A stretch of DNA of 64,000 bases from Vulcanimicrobiota bacterium (GTDB lineage: Bacteria > Vulcanimicrobiota > Vulcanimicrobiia > Vulcanimicrobiales > Vulcanimicrobiaceae): contig PLCF01000027.1 of assembly GCA_003135555.1 (NCBI GenBank), forward strand, positions 6,116-70,115, read 5' to 3'. The notes below the pieces were generated by a model. It did not search any database. It had not been told where the DNA came from and was given only the letters and a program-made list of their open reading frames with translations. This document shows positions 1 through 15,500 of the stretch, in pieces (the stretch's first letter is position 1; the number at the start of each line of letters is the position of its first letter). The position numbers and the translations under genes were made by a program.

Positions 1-2
1 CG

Positions 3-3268
<3,266 letters not shown>

Positions 3269-3272
<4 letters not shown>

Positions 3273-4129
3273 TCGCTGAACGCCCTTCGTCGCCGCAACC
3301 GGCGCCGCAGGCATCCTCCCCCGCGGTCACCGATCTCGAGCTGCACCTGCTGCTCGAGGCGGTGTACCGCGTCTCGGGATACGACTTCCGCGAGTACGCG
3401 CCCGCGACGCTCAAGCGCCGCATCTCCGAGCGCGTGCGGGCTGAGGGGGCGACGACGATCTCCGGGCTGCTCGAGCGCGTGCTGCACGATGCGCCGGCGC
3501 TGCAGCGCTTCATCGACGCGCTGACGACCAACGTGGGCTCGCCCTTCCGCGAGCCGCAGTTCTTCACCGGGTTCCGCGACCGTGTATTGCCGCGGCTGCG
3601 AACCTTTCCGCACGTGCGCATCTGGGTGATCGGTTCGGGTGAGGACGCCTACTCGCTGGCGATCTTGCTGCGCGAGGCCGAGTTCTACCACCGCACCCGC
3701 ATCTACGCCACCGACGCCGGGGACGCGTCGATCGAGCGTGCGAAGACGGGCGCGTTCCCGATCGAGCTGCTCGACGAGTACTCCGAGCGCTACGCGCAGG
3801 CCGGGGGAACGAAGCGCTTCTCCGACTACGTCGACGTGGTCGGCCCACAGGCCGTCTTCAAGCCCGGCGTGCGCCAGCAGATCGTCTTCGCTCAGCACAA
3901 TTTGGCCTCCGACAGCTCGTTCAACGAGTTCCACCTCGTGGTCGCGCGCAACGTCGTCATGCACTTCAACCGCACCCTCGCGTACCGTGCGCACCAGGTG
4001 ATGTACGAGAGCCTCGTCCGCTTGGGCTACCTCGGCGTCTCCTCCAAAGAGACGCTGCGTTACACGCCCCACCAGCGCGCCTACGAAGAGCTCGCCGAAA
4101 CCGAACGCTTCTACCGCCGCCTGCGCTGA
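3269..4129 (+). CDS. cheR: CheR-type protein-glutamate methyltransferase
   Basis: GTG overlaps kinase stop (GTGA); 'LLLEAVYRVSGYDFREYA', 'IYATD', 'FAQHNLASDSSFNEFHLVVARNV' typical of kinase-associated CheR. Confidence 0.85.
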
Positions 4130-4136
4130 CATCCCG

Positions 4137-5042
4137 ATGCTCGAAGAACTTCCGTACGCGGCTTGGGAGACGACGAAGACGACGCTGCACCTGTGGTCGC
4201 AGGTCGTGGGGAAGATTGCGCTGCGGACGAGTTCGTTGCGCAGTCATTGGTGGAACACGACGTTGCGGCCGACGGGGCGCGGCTTGCGGACGGTGGCGCT
4301 ACGGGCCGGGGAGGTGTCGTTCGACATCGAGTTCGATTTCGTCGAGCATCGGGTAATCGTTAGCGCCAGCTCGTCGCCCGACGCAGCGGAGTTCGAGCTG
4401 CGTGACGGGTTGAGTGTCGCGGAGTTCTATGCGGCGCTCAAGGCGGCGCTGGCCGGATTCGGGATCTCGGTGCCGATCGTCGCGAAGCCCTATGGGATTG
4501 CAGGGCTGACGACGCCGTTTGCGCAGGATCGCGAGCATCATTCGTATGACGCGGTGATGGTACGGCGATGGTGGGATATCGTGCGCTGGACGTCGGACGT
4601 GTTCGAACGCTTCGCGGTCGAGTTCGTGGGGAAGCAGGGGCCGGTGCAGCTGTTTTGGCACAGCTTCGACCTGGCGCTGGGGCGCTATTCGGGGCGGCGT
4701 GCGGACGGGCCGCCGAAGTCCGATCCGGTGGAGCGCGAGGCGTACTCGCACGAGGTGATCGCCTTCGGGTTCTGGGCGGGTGATGCCAACGTACCGGCGC
4801 CGACCTACTACACCTACACCGCGCCGGAACCGGCGTCGCTGACGACCATTGCGTTGCAGCCCGAGGGCGCGGCGTGGAATGCGGCCGGCAGCGGTCACCT
4901 GGGGACGATACCGTACGACGTGATCCGGGGCGCCGCTGATCCCGAAGCGGCGCTGCTGGCGTTCTTGCGCAGCGGATACGACGCCGGGGTGCGAGCCGCG
5001 GGGTGGGATGTGGCGGCGTTGCGGCGTACCGACGTGGAGTGA
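4137..5042 (+). CDS. DUF5996-family protein
   Basis: 'W..TK.TLHLWSQVVGK', 'HWWN', 'PVQLFWHSFDLA', 'REAYSHEVIAFGFWAGD' motifs. Confidence 0.8.
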   Translation: MLEELPYAAWETTKTTLHLWSQVVGKIALRTSSLRSHWWNTTLRPTGRGLRTVALRAGEVSFDIEFDFVEHRVIVSASSSPDAAEFELRDGLSVAEFYAALKAALAGFGISVPIVAKPYGIAGLTTPFAQDREHHSYDAVMVRRWWDIVRWTSDVFERFAVEFVGKQGPVQLFWHSFDLALGRYSGRRADGPPKSDPVEREAYSHEVIAFGFWAGDANVPAPTYYTYTAPEPASLTTIALQPEGAAWNAAGSGHLGTIPYDVIRGAADPEAALLAFLRSGYDAGVRAAGWDVAALRRTDVE

Positions 5043-5884
5043 TTCGAACCCTGATCGTCGCGGCGCTCGTCGCGCTGCCTTCGGCGGCGCTTGCGCAGCC
5101 CGCGCCCTCGCCTGCGCCCTCGCCCACGCCGGTCCCCGACATCTGCTCGGGTGGACTCTCGGCGGTGGTGAGCCGGCCCACGCAGACCACGTCGGCGTGC
5201 GTGGTGAGCCGCAACCAGATTCTCCTCGAGACGGGTTATCAATCGCAGACGGTCGACTCGGCGGGCGGATCGTTCACCTTCTCCACCGTGCCGAACGCGA
5301 CGATCCGCATCGGCACCGCGCTGCGCAACGTCGAGTTCCAGGTCATTCCGCCGACCTCGATCCGCTCGGCGGGCATCAGCGCCGCGGGCGATGCCGGGGC
5401 GGGGCTGAAGTGGCAGATCGCGTCGACGCCGGCGGTCGCGTACGGCGTCAACGTGATCGCCACGGCGCCGACGGGGAGCGATCCGGCCCGTAGCCCCAAC
5501 GGCTTGGGGAGTTCGAACGCATCGACCTACACCTACAACGCCAACGTTCAAGGCTCGCTGGGCAAGGTGTTCGGCTACGGAGCGACGTTCAGCGTCGGCA
5601 GCCTCGCCTCGGCGGGAACGCGCTACACGTCGGTGATCCCGTCGCTCGACGTCACGATGTCGCTGCCTGCGTCGTGGACACTCGCCGCCGAAGCGTTTCG
5701 CGTGAGCAACGGCGAGGGGCCGGCGACGCCGTCGCATACCTGGTTCGACGTCGCGGCGGAAAAAGGCGTCGGAAACGTCCAATTCGATCTCAGCTACGGC
5801 CTCTCGAACCGCGTCGTGCCGGTGCCGGGCGCGCCCGGCGTACGGCATAGCTACGTCGGCTTCGGGCTGAGCGTCCTGCGCTGA
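5039..5884 (+). CDS. Secreted protein, probable outer-membrane beta-barrel/transporter
   Basis: GTG coupled to upstream stop; signal peptide, Pro linker, 'RPTQTTSACVV....LLETGY' motif, amphipathic strands, C-terminal YVGFGLSVLR. Confidence 0.6.
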   Translation: MIRTLIVAALVALPSAALAQPAPSPAPSPTPVPDICSGGLSAVVSRPTQTTSACVVSRNQILLETGYQSQTVDSAGGSFTFSTVPNATIRIGTALRNVEFQVIPPTSIRSAGISAAGDAGAGLKWQIASTPAVAYGVNVIATAPTGSDPARSPNGLGSSNASTYTYNANVQGSLGKVFGYGATFSVGSLASAGTRYTSVIPSLDVTMSLPASWTLAAEAFRVSNGEGPATPSHTWFDVAAEKGVGNVQFDLSYGLSNRVVPVPGAPGVRHSYVGFGLSVLR

Positions 5885-5891
5885 CGCCGGC

Positions 5892-6638
5892 GTGACCGCG
5901 GCGCCGCTGCTCGTCGCCACCGTCGGCACGGTGGGCGTGCTGCACACCCTGGTGCCGGATCACTGGGCGCCGATCGTTGTCCTGGCGCGCCAACAGGGTT
6001 GGTCGATGGCACGCACGGTGCGCACGGCGGCGCTCGCCGGCGTCGGGCACGTCGGCTCGACGCTCGCGCTGGGGCTCGTCGTTTGGCTGGCCGGAATCTC
6101 GGCAAGCGTGCGCTACGGGCACGTCGTCGACGTCGTCGCCGCGGCAGCGCTGGTCGTCTTCGGCGCCTGGGTCGCGTACGGCGGCTGGAAGGAGCTGCGG
6201 CACGACGCGCACCACTCGCATCACGGTCACGCACATCAGGACCACGCGCACCTGCACGTTCACGACGACGGCACGCGCCACGTGCACTGGCATCAGCACC
6301 ACGATGCCGACGAGCACGGCGTGCAGGGCGGCGCCGCCGTCCTGCACGTGCACGCGCACCGCGCCACCGGACGGACCGCGCTGCTGCTGATCCTAGGCTC
6401 GTCGCCGATGGTCGAAGGGATCCCGGCCTTTCTGGCCGCGTCCGCCTACGGCGCGACGGTCATCGCGATCATGGCGGCGGTGTTCGCCGCGACGACGATC
6501 GCGACGTACGTGGCAACCTGCGCGTTCGGCGTCGCGGGCCTGGCCCGCATCTCGCTGGGGCCGCTCGAGCGCTACGGCGAGGTTCTCAGCGGCGCGTTCG
6601 TCGCCGCCGTCGGCGTCTACAGCCTGCTGACGAGCTAA
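5892..6638 (+). CDS. His-rich nickel/cobalt transporter-like membrane protein (RcnA/NiCoT-like)
   Basis: 'LHTLVPDHW' motif, several TM helices, central His-rich loop. Confidence 0.7.
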   Translation: MTAAPLLVATVGTVGVLHTLVPDHWAPIVVLARQQGWSMARTVRTAALAGVGHVGSTLALGLVVWLAGISASVRYGHVVDVVAAAALVVFGAWVAYGGWKELRHDAHHSHHGHAHQDHAHLHVHDDGTRHVHWHQHHDADEHGVQGGAAVLHVHAHRATGRTALLLILGSSPMVEGIPAFLAASAYGATVIAIMAAVFAATTIATYVATCAFGVAGLARISLGPLERYGEVLSGAFVAAVGVYSLLTS

Positions 6639-6657
6639 CCGGCGTTGCGGCGTCCGC

Positions 6658-7113
6658 TCAGCGCAGCGGCGGCCCGGCCAGGCGCCGCGTCACCGGCAGC
6701 GTCACGGTCGTCGTGGTGCATCCGTTCTCGTGGCGCACCCGCAGGTCGCGGCCGAACGACGAGACCAAAAACAGCCCGCGCCGCGATTCGGCGAAGTCGC
6801 TGGGGAGCCGGACGTCGTCGATCGAGTAGCCCGGTCCGTGGTCGACGACCTCGAGGATCGCGATCGTTCCGTTCCAGCGCAGCCGCACGTCGATCGCGCC
6901 GGGCGCGTGCCGCGCGACGTTGCCCAGCAGCTCGCCGAAGATCAGCTCCGCGCCCTCGACGTCGGACTCGGCGGCAGCCTGCGCCGCCAGATAGCGCTGG
7001 AAGATCACGCGCGCATTGTTGGCCAGCGACGCGTCGGCGATGCGGAAGCTGAAACCGCGGCTGTCGGCCTTGAGGATCCAGCCCGCGGGCCCCGGCTGCG
7101 GCAGACGCTCCAC
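6658..7113 (-). CDS. Anti-sigma factor kinase-like ATP-binding protein (RsbW/HATPase_c_2)
   Basis: 'ELIFGELLGNVARHA', 'VVDHGPG', 'ESRRGLFLV'; start uncertain. Confidence 0.7.
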   Translation of the reverse strand: MERLPQPGPAGWILKADSRGFSFRIADASLANNARVIFQRYLAAQAAAESDVEGAELIFGELLGNVARHAPGAIDVRLRWNGTIAILEVVDHGPGYSIDDVRLPSDFAESRRGLFLVSSFGRDLRVRHENGCTTTTVTLPVTRRLAGPPLR

Positions 7114-7271
7114 AAGCTCCGTCTGTACCCATTAGGGGCCCGAGCATCCCGCCGCCAGGCCGGCCCGGACCGGCTCGGGGCTTCGGTAAAATCTCTGGCA
7201 ACCTGCCCGCCGGTGGAAGCGAGCATAGGAAAGTTCGTCTAAGGTTCTTCCAAGAATCGGAGGAGGGCGAC

Positions 7272-7997
7272 TTGGCCTATGAGGTGATCAAGCGGGTCAG
7301 TGGGCGCGCCTATCGGTACCGCGTCGAGAGCTTCCGCGACCCCGAAACCCGCCGCGTCCGCGGCCGCTGGACCTATTTGGGCCGCGTCGACCCCGGCGAC
7401 ATCGGGCTCCCGCAGCGGCCCGCGAAGCCCAGCTCGCGCGACCGGCTGCTCGACGCCGTCGCTCGGCTGCTGGCGACCAGCGATGCCGAGGGCCTCTCGG
7501 CCGGCGCGATCGCGCGCGAAGCGGGGGTCGCCTACGGCACGTTCTACCGCTACTTCACCGACCGCGCCCACGCCGTGCGGGAGGCGCTGCTGCGCCAAGG
7601 CCCGGCGCTGGGGGACATCGCGACGCGTTTCGGCCGCCCGCCCGCCGGCCGCGAGAACGAGCGTGCGCGCATCGGCGCCTGGCTGCAGGACGCCGCCGAC
7701 GGCGCCCGCCGTCAACCCGGCGTCGTGCGCGCGTGGCACGTCTACTCCAACAGCGACGATGCCGTCTTACGGGCGCGCCGCGAGGCGGTCGACGCGGCCG
7801 TCGATCAGCTGACGACCTACCTGGATGCGCTGCGCGCTGCGGGCGTGACCTCGATCTCGTCGTCGCGCTTCGCGGCGTACGCGCTCGTCGCGCTGGTGAT
7901 CGCGCTGGGACGCGACGCGGCGCTCGAGGACAGCATCGGGCCGGCGACGCTCGACGGGCTCATCGCGCTGGCTCACGAGCTCTGCGGGCTGGGCTGA
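7272..7997 (+). CDS. TetR/AcrR-family regulator with extra ~45 aa N-terminal module
   Basis: HTH 'RDRLLDAVARLL...AIAREAGVAYGTFYRYFTDR'; GGAGG RBS before TTG. Confidence 0.8.
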   Translation: MAYEVIKRVSGRAYRYRVESFRDPETRRVRGRWTYLGRVDPGDIGLPQRPAKPSSRDRLLDAVARLLATSDAEGLSAGAIAREAGVAYGTFYRYFTDRAHAVREALLRQGPALGDIATRFGRPPAGRENERARIGAWLQDAADGARRQPGVVRAWHVYSNSDDAVLRARREAVDAAVDQLTTYLDALRAAGVTSISSSRFAAYALVALVIALGRDAALEDSIGPATLDGLIALAHELCGLG

Positions 7998-8020
7998 GCG
8001 CAGCGGCGAACCGTCGGCGC

Positions 8021-10423
<2,403 letters not shown>

Positions 10424-10442
10424 CGTGGGGTCACGCTGCGGC

Positions 10443-10458
10443 CTGAGCCCCGTCGAAG
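10443..10458. repeat. Partial REP-like repeat core between convergent genes
   Basis: CTGAGCCCCGTCGAAG, identical to the core of copies at 16563 (reverse complement) and 51599. Confidence 0.6.
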
Positions 10459-10460
10459 GA

Positions 10461-10907
10461 TTAGAGGGTGCGCTCCATTCCTTGGTGCGGGATGTCGCAC
10501 TCGATGAACGGCGCGCCCAGCGCTGCAAAGCCGGCCCCGGCGTAGAACCCGACCGCGTGATCCTGCGCGTTGAGCGTGGCGCGCACGTAGCCGCGGCGCC
10601 GCGCGTCCTCCATCAGCGCGTCGAGCAGCCGGCGCCCGATTCCGCTGCGGCGCGCCGCCGCGCGCACGGCCATGCGGCCGATCTGCACGGTGCGTTCGTC
10701 GGCGCGGTAGTAGCGCCCGGCGGCGAGGACGTTGCCGCCGGCGTCGCGCACCAGCGCGTGCACCGCCTGGGGATCGCCGGCTTCGTCATGGCCATCGAGC
10801 TCGTCTTCGAGCGTGATGCGTTGCTCGTCGACGAACACTTCGATCCGCACGGCGATCGCCTCGGACATGCGCGCGCGGTCATCCGTTCCGAACAGCTCGA
10901 CGGTCAC
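10461..10907 (-). CDS. GNAT N-acetyltransferase (ElaA/YjcF-like)
   Basis: 'IRIEVFVDEQ', 'IGRMAV..AARRSGIGRRLL', 'LNAQDHAVGFY..GF', 'FIECDIPHQGM'; GTG start overlaps upstream stop. Confidence 0.85.
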   Translation of the reverse strand: MTVELFGTDDRARMSEAIAVRIEVFVDEQRITLEDELDGHDEAGDPQAVHALVRDAGGNVLAAGRYYRADERTVQIGRMAVRAAARRSGIGRRLLDALMEDARRRGYVRATLNAQDHAVGFYAGAGFAALGAPFIECDIPHQGMERTL

Positions 10908-11479
10908 GCGTCGCCTGCGGCGCTGCGCTCCTCGCGGCGCGCGCGATCCCAGGTCGCGCGCGTGACCGTAAACAACAGCACGTCGACGTGGCGGCCGCGA
11001 ATGACCGCGCCGCCGCGCAGCATGCGTTCCTCGCGGAACCCGACGCGATCGAGGACCGCTCGCGAGGCGACGTTCTCGGGGACGATGCAGGCTTGCACCT
11101 CGTCCAGCTCGGCGGCGCCGAAGGCTTCGTCGATCATCGCGCGCAGCGCATCGGTGGCGAAGCCTCGGCCGCGTGCCTCGGGCAACAGGCTGTAGCCGAC
11201 CTCGCCGATCCGCGGCGAGCGATCGTTGACGCGCAGCGAGATCCAGCCGACCGCGGCCACCGGGTCGCCGACCTTGACGAGCCACTCGAAGCGCCCCGTC
11301 GCGCCCGGGCGCAGCATCTTGGGGCGCGCGCGAACCTGCCGTTCGAACTCCTCGGCACGCACCCGCGGGATGTCCTGGTACCTGCGCAAGTCGGGGCCGT
11401 TGAGCACCTGCCACAGCTCGCGTGCATTGCGAGTGTCGACCGGAACCAGCGCGACGCGGTCCGCGGCGACGCCCCTCAT
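10904..11479 (-). CDS. GNAT acetyltransferase, RimJ/RimL family
   Basis: 'GEVGYSLLPEARGRGFATDAL', 'PENVASRAVLDRVGFREE'. Confidence 0.85.
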   Translation of the reverse strand: MRGVAADRVALVPVDTRNARELWQVLNGPDLRRYQDIPRVRAEEFERQVRARPKMLRPGATGRFEWLVKVGDPVAAVGWISLRVNDRSPRIGEVGYSLLPEARGRGFATDALRAMIDEAFGAAELDEVQACIVPENVASRAVLDRVGFREERMLRGGAVIRGRHVDVLLFTVTRATWDRARREERSAAGDA

Positions 11480-13149
11480 CGCGCCAGCGATGTGTCGGTG
11501 AAGGCGCGCACCAGCAGCGCGCCGGCATCGTCTTGCGTCGTCTCGAACTTGACGTGGTCGCCGGGGCGCGCGAGCACGGCGTCGGCGCTCGCGGGGTCGA
11601 CCATCGTGTAGACGGCGTGCCGCTCGCGAATGGTGAACCAGACGCGTCCGTTGGCGTAGGCGTAACGATCGAGCGTGCCGCTGACGTGACTGGCCTCGGC
11701 GGTGCTGGATGTGCGATCGCCCAGGAACGCGCGGTAGGACGCGAAGGCGTCCTGAGCCGGCGACGCGGCGCCGCTGTTGCCGACGACGACGTGACCCCCG
11801 GCGGCTTGCACGAGCGCGAGCGTCTGGAACTTCCCGTTGTCGGCGATGGCGGGCACGACCCACGTATTCTGCCCAAAAAGCGCGTAGAGCACCGGCTGGG
11901 TCGGGACCAAACGCCCTTGCTTGATGATCGGATTCCCGCCCACGGCGTCTTCGGCCGCCATCGAGTTGTACTCGCCGCCGCTCGACGTGTAGTAGACCAT
12001 CGCGCCGGTGCGGCTGTCGGTGTAGGTGAAGCCCGTCATCGACTTGTCGGTACGGCTGGGTGAGGTGTGGTCGACGAACCATACGAAGCGCCCGTCGGCG
12101 AGCAGGATCCCGAATACGTCCTCGCGCGCCGGGAGGTGGACGTCGCGCTTGGTGATGACGGAATTCCACCAGCCGTGCACGTAGCGGCCGAACCAGTCGT
12201 TGTAGTTCACCACCACGTCGGGCGGATAGACCCGGCTCACCCAGGCCGGAAGCTTGTCGAACTGCGCCCGCGGGATGCGCTCCATGGCGCCGGTCGCAGG
12301 ATCGACGATGACGACGGCGGTGACCTTTTCGCCGCTCCAGCCGATCGTCGGACGGCCCAAGGTGACCAGATAGCGCGGGTTGCCCTGCGCGTCGAGCTGC
12401 ATCGTCTCCTCGAGCAGCAGCTCGGTGCCGTAGCGCAGCCAGACGTGCCGGCGCAAGTTGTCGTTGAGCAGCGCCGAGGGGACGTACCGCAGCGGCTCGC
12501 GCGCGCGCAGCTCCGCCGGCGCGTCGGGGTTCTCGGCGTCGACGATCACGACACCCGGCGAGGTGCGGCGCGAGAACCACTGCACCAGGCCTTGGAAGTT
12601 CAGCGGCGCGACCCAGACCAAGCGCCCGTTGTCGGACTGCACGTTGTAGGTGCCGACTCGGTAGTAAGCGCCCAGCTGACCGACGACTTTCTCGCCGGCA
12701 AAGGTGGCCGACTCTTCGGGGACGACGCGGACGTGACGCGGGTCGGCAGCGGGCGCACCGCTGGTCGACGTCGTCGCGCCGGTCAGATCGCGCAGGCCGC
12801 TCGCGTCCACGACCGGCGCGACGAACAGCACCAGCGCAAACAACCCGATCCCGCCGATCGCGATGGCCAGCGGCCATACCGGCGTGCGGCGCAGCGAGAC
12901 GATCCGGCGCGATACGACCATCGTGCGGGCCGCGGCGAGCGAGGTGATCAGCACGTTGGGCAGCAGGGTGATCAGCAGCAGCGAGATGCACTGCGGGAAC
13001 ACCAGCGGCGGCAGCTCGGCATAGCAGTACAGACCGATCAACGGAACGCCCACGGCGAGGCGGCGGAGTTGCCCGCGCCACCAGCCGCGGGAGAAGTCCA
13101 GGTTGACGAGCCCCAGGCACAGGAAAACCGTCGCTAATAGCCAGATCAC
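11476..13149 (-). CDS. Conserved hypothetical membrane protein with large extracytoplasmic domain
   Basis: 557 aa ORF, N-terminal TM helices, 'LVWVAPL', translationally coupled to GNAT genes. Confidence 0.7.
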   Translation of the reverse strand: MIWLLATVFLCLGLVNLDFSRGWWRGQLRRLAVGVPLIGLYCYAELPPLVFPQCISLLLITLLPNVLITSLAAARTMVVSRRIVSLRRTPVWPLAIAIGGIGLFALVLFVAPVVDASGLRDLTGATTSTSGAPAADPRHVRVVPEESATFAGEKVVGQLGAYYRVGTYNVQSDNGRLVWVAPLNFQGLVQWFSRRTSPGVVIVDAENPDAPAELRAREPLRYVPSALLNDNLRRHVWLRYGTELLLEETMQLDAQGNPRYLVTLGRPTIGWSGEKVTAVVIVDPATGAMERIPRAQFDKLPAWVSRVYPPDVVVNYNDWFGRYVHGWWNSVITKRDVHLPAREDVFGILLADGRFVWFVDHTSPSRTDKSMTGFTYTDSRTGAMVYYTSSGGEYNSMAAEDAVGGNPIIKQGRLVPTQPVLYALFGQNTWVVPAIADNGKFQTLALVQAAGGHVVVGNSGAASPAQDAFASYRAFLGDRTSSTAEASHVSGTLDRYAYANGRVWFTIRERHAVYTMVDPASADAVLARPGDHVKFETTQDDAGALLVRAFTDTSLAR

Positions 13150-13240
13150 GCCGCTCGCCCTACGGCGCCCTCACGCCGCGCGCCTCCTAGGCGGCTTGCC
13201 GCCGCGCCGGCCGCGCGTGAATCGGCCTCCGGAGGTGCCC

Positions 13241-13537
13241 ATGGAGGTCCGCTACAGCGGGACGGTCACGACCGAGCCGCGCTTCTTCACGTCGCGACAC
13301 TCACACCGCGAGCACGAACAGTTCGACGCGCGCGCGAGCGACGGCTCGACATTTCGTGTCGTGGACAATGTCACCATCGCGCCGCGCGTCCCGGTCCATC
13401 CCGGCGACCGCGTCACGGTCCAAGGCGAGCTCATCCATCCCCGCGGCGGGCCGGCGTTGGTGCACTGGACCCACCACGACCCGCGCGGTCGCCATCCCGG
13501 CGGCTTTGTCGAGCTCAACGGCCACGTCTACGCGTGA
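13241..13537 (+). CDS. DUF3465-like small OB-fold protein
   Basis: 'HEQF', 'NVTIAPRVPV.PGD.V.V.GE', 'VHWTHHDPRGRHPGGFVELNG'. Confidence 0.7.
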   Translation: MEVRYSGTVTTEPRFFTSRHSHREHEQFDARASDGSTFRVVDNVTIAPRVPVHPGDRVTVQGELIHPRGGPALVHWTHHDPRGRHPGGFVELNGHVYA

Positions 13538-13561
13538 CGTGGCCGTTGAGCCGACGGCAGC

Positions 13562-14011
13562 TTAGCGGCGCGCTTTCTTGCGGGCCGGGGCCTTCTTCGC
13601 GGCGGCTTTGCGCGCCGGCGGAGCGGCTTTGCGTGCCGGTGCCGCCTTGGCGGTCGACTTCTTCGCGGGCGCCTTCTTGGCGGCCGACTTCTTCGCGGGC
13701 CCCTTCTTGGCGACCGCCTTCTTCGCGCCGCGCTTCGCCGTCCCGACGGCTTCTTTGAGGGCACGGCCGGCGATGAACTTCAGGACGCGCTTGGCCGGCA
13801 CGTTCACCGGTGCGCCCGTCTGGGGATTGCGCGCGACGCGTGCCGGCCGGTCGCGCACCTTGAACTGGCCGAAGGGCGTCAACTGTACCTTGTCGCCGGA
13901 TTTGAGCACCTGAGTGATGCGCTCGAGCATCGCCTCGACGATCTCGATGAGTTGTCGCCGGGGAAGCTCGAAATCGTCGGCGAGCTCTCTCGCCAGCTCG
14001 TTCTTGGTCAT
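13562..14011 (-). CDS. HU-family DNA-binding protein with long Lys/Ala-rich C-terminal tail
   Basis: 'MTKNEL', 'KVQLTPFGQF', 'RVARNPQTG', then AKKAPAKK repeats. Confidence 0.9.
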   Translation of the reverse strand: MTKNELARELADDFELPRRQLIEIVEAMLERITQVLKSGDKVQLTPFGQFKVRDRPARVARNPQTGAPVNVPAKRVLKFIAGRALKEAVGTAKRGAKKAVAKKGPAKKSAAKKAPAKKSTAKAAPARKAAPPARKAAAKKAPARKKARR

Positions 14012-14091
14012 AGGTTCCTTTCGGGGTGCGGTTCGGCCCGATGTACGAGCCGTGTTAGCGATCCTATACGCCGAAAAGGCCGAATTCCCGG

Positions 14092-14820
14092 CTATTTTCC
14101 CGCTTTTTCGCTCGCCAGTTGCTCCATCGTGACGAACCGGTAGCCGCGCGCCTTGAGGGCCGCGATGACGTGCGGCGCGAGCCCCGCCTCGTACGCGCGT
14201 TCCGCGCGATCGGGCCGTCCGCGATCGCCGTCGTGCAGCACCACGATCGCGCCGTCGCCGACCTGGCCCAGCAGCCGCTCCGCGAGCGCCCCGGGATCGG
14301 GCGCTGCGGCGGTTTCGTCGAGCATCGCGGTCCACAGCACCACCCGCAGTCCGCGCCGCCGCGCGGCGTCGAGCACGGCGGCATTGCGCGCGCCGAACGG
14401 TGGGCGCAGAAAGCGCGGCCGGCGGCCGGTCGCGGCGGCGATCGCGTCATCGCCGCCGGCGATCTCGGCATCCAGCGCGGCGCGCGTCAGCAGCACGTTG
14501 AGGTGTGCGTGCGTGTCGGAGTGATTCTCGATCTCGTCCCCGTCGGCGGCCATGCGGCGCAACAGCGCGGGCTCGCGGCGCGCGGCCCGACCGACGACGA
14601 AGAAGGTCGCCGGCACGTGCTCTCTTTCGAGCACGTCGAGCAGGTGATCGGTGACGCCGCGCGTCGGCCCGTCGTCGAAGGTGAGCGCGACGACGTGCCC
14701 GGTTCCATGCGTGATAACGGGCTCGAACGCGTTGCTGCGCGGCGACTCCACCAACTCGTACCAGCCGAACGATCCGGCGGCGAGCAGCGCTGCCGCGGCC
14801 ACCGCGCGCAGCGGGTTCAC
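14092..14820 (-). CDS. Polysaccharide deacetylase (NodB/CE4)
   Basis: TFDDGP, ATFFVVG, NHSDTH, RPPFG, IVVLHDG. Confidence 0.9.
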   Translation of the reverse strand: MNPLRAVAAAALLAAGSFGWYELVESPRSNAFEPVITHGTGHVVALTFDDGPTRGVTDHLLDVLEREHVPATFFVVGRAARREPALLRRMAADGDEIENHSDTHAHLNVLLTRAALDAEIAGGDDAIAAATGRRPRFLRPPFGARNAAVLDAARRRGLRVVLWTAMLDETAAAPDPGALAERLLGQVGDGAIVVLHDGDRGRPDRAERAYEAGLAPHVIAALKARGYRFVTMEQLASEKAGK

Positions 14821-15464
14821 GAACGCAGCAGCTTCTCCCGCGCCGCGGCGACGGTCTTCTTGAAGCGCGGCGGGCCGAACGACCGGAAGTCGTCGACCAC
14901 TTTTTGGTAGCGCCCGTCGGCGCTCGAGCTGGAGTTCAGGGTGATCAGATTCGGTACCGGTTTGTTGCGGTCGAGGTGGATGTTGTATTCACGGCCCGCG
15001 GTCGTGGCGAGATAGTGCGGGTCCGCGAACACGAAGCGATGCCGTCCCGAACGGTCGCCCGCGACCTGGGCGACGCGGATCTCGTAGATGTCGTCGGTGT
15101 TGCCGTGCAGCGGACGGCTCTGCAGCTCCCAAATGCCGTCGCGAACGAGCGCCTCGAAGGCGAACGTCACGTCGTAGCCCTCGATCGGCTCGCTGAACTT
15201 GGCCAGGCGAGTTCCGGCCCGGTTCTGCGCGACGTAGGCTGCGGTCGACTTCCCGTTGACGTTGTCGAGCGACCATTCCTCACGCGCGATCGGCCCTTTG
15301 CGGTGCAGCACGGTCTCGCTGAAATGCAGCTCGGAGCGCTGGGCGCGGACCGTCTTAACGTCGCGATAGCGCTGCGACTCGGCCGCATAGAACAGCCTCC
15401 AACTGACGACGATCCCGATAAGGGTGATGACGATCGCGAAAATCGTGGTAGGGAAGCGGCGCAT
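14817..15464 (-). CDS. Hypothetical membrane-anchored protein
   Basis: N-terminal TM helix; stop overlaps deacetylase start. Confidence 0.6.
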   Translation of the reverse strand: MRRFPTTIFAIVITLIGIVVSWRLFYAAESQRYRDVKTVRAQRSELHFSETVLHRKGPIAREEWSLDNVNGKSTAAYVAQNRAGTRLAKFSEPIEGYDVTFAFEALVRDGIWELQSRPLHGNTDDIYEIRVAQVAGDRSGRHRFVFADPHYLATTAGREYNIHLDRNKPVPNLITLNSSSSADGRYQKVVDDFRSFGPPRFKKTVAAAREKLLRS

Positions 15465-15500
15465 ACGTCCGTCTAGTACCCGCCACCGGCGGGGGTGGTG

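Noticed and set aside
7272..7410. IS element at the TetR gene
   Set aside because: No DDE catalytic domain, terminal inverted repeats or target duplication; only a short N-terminal resemblance
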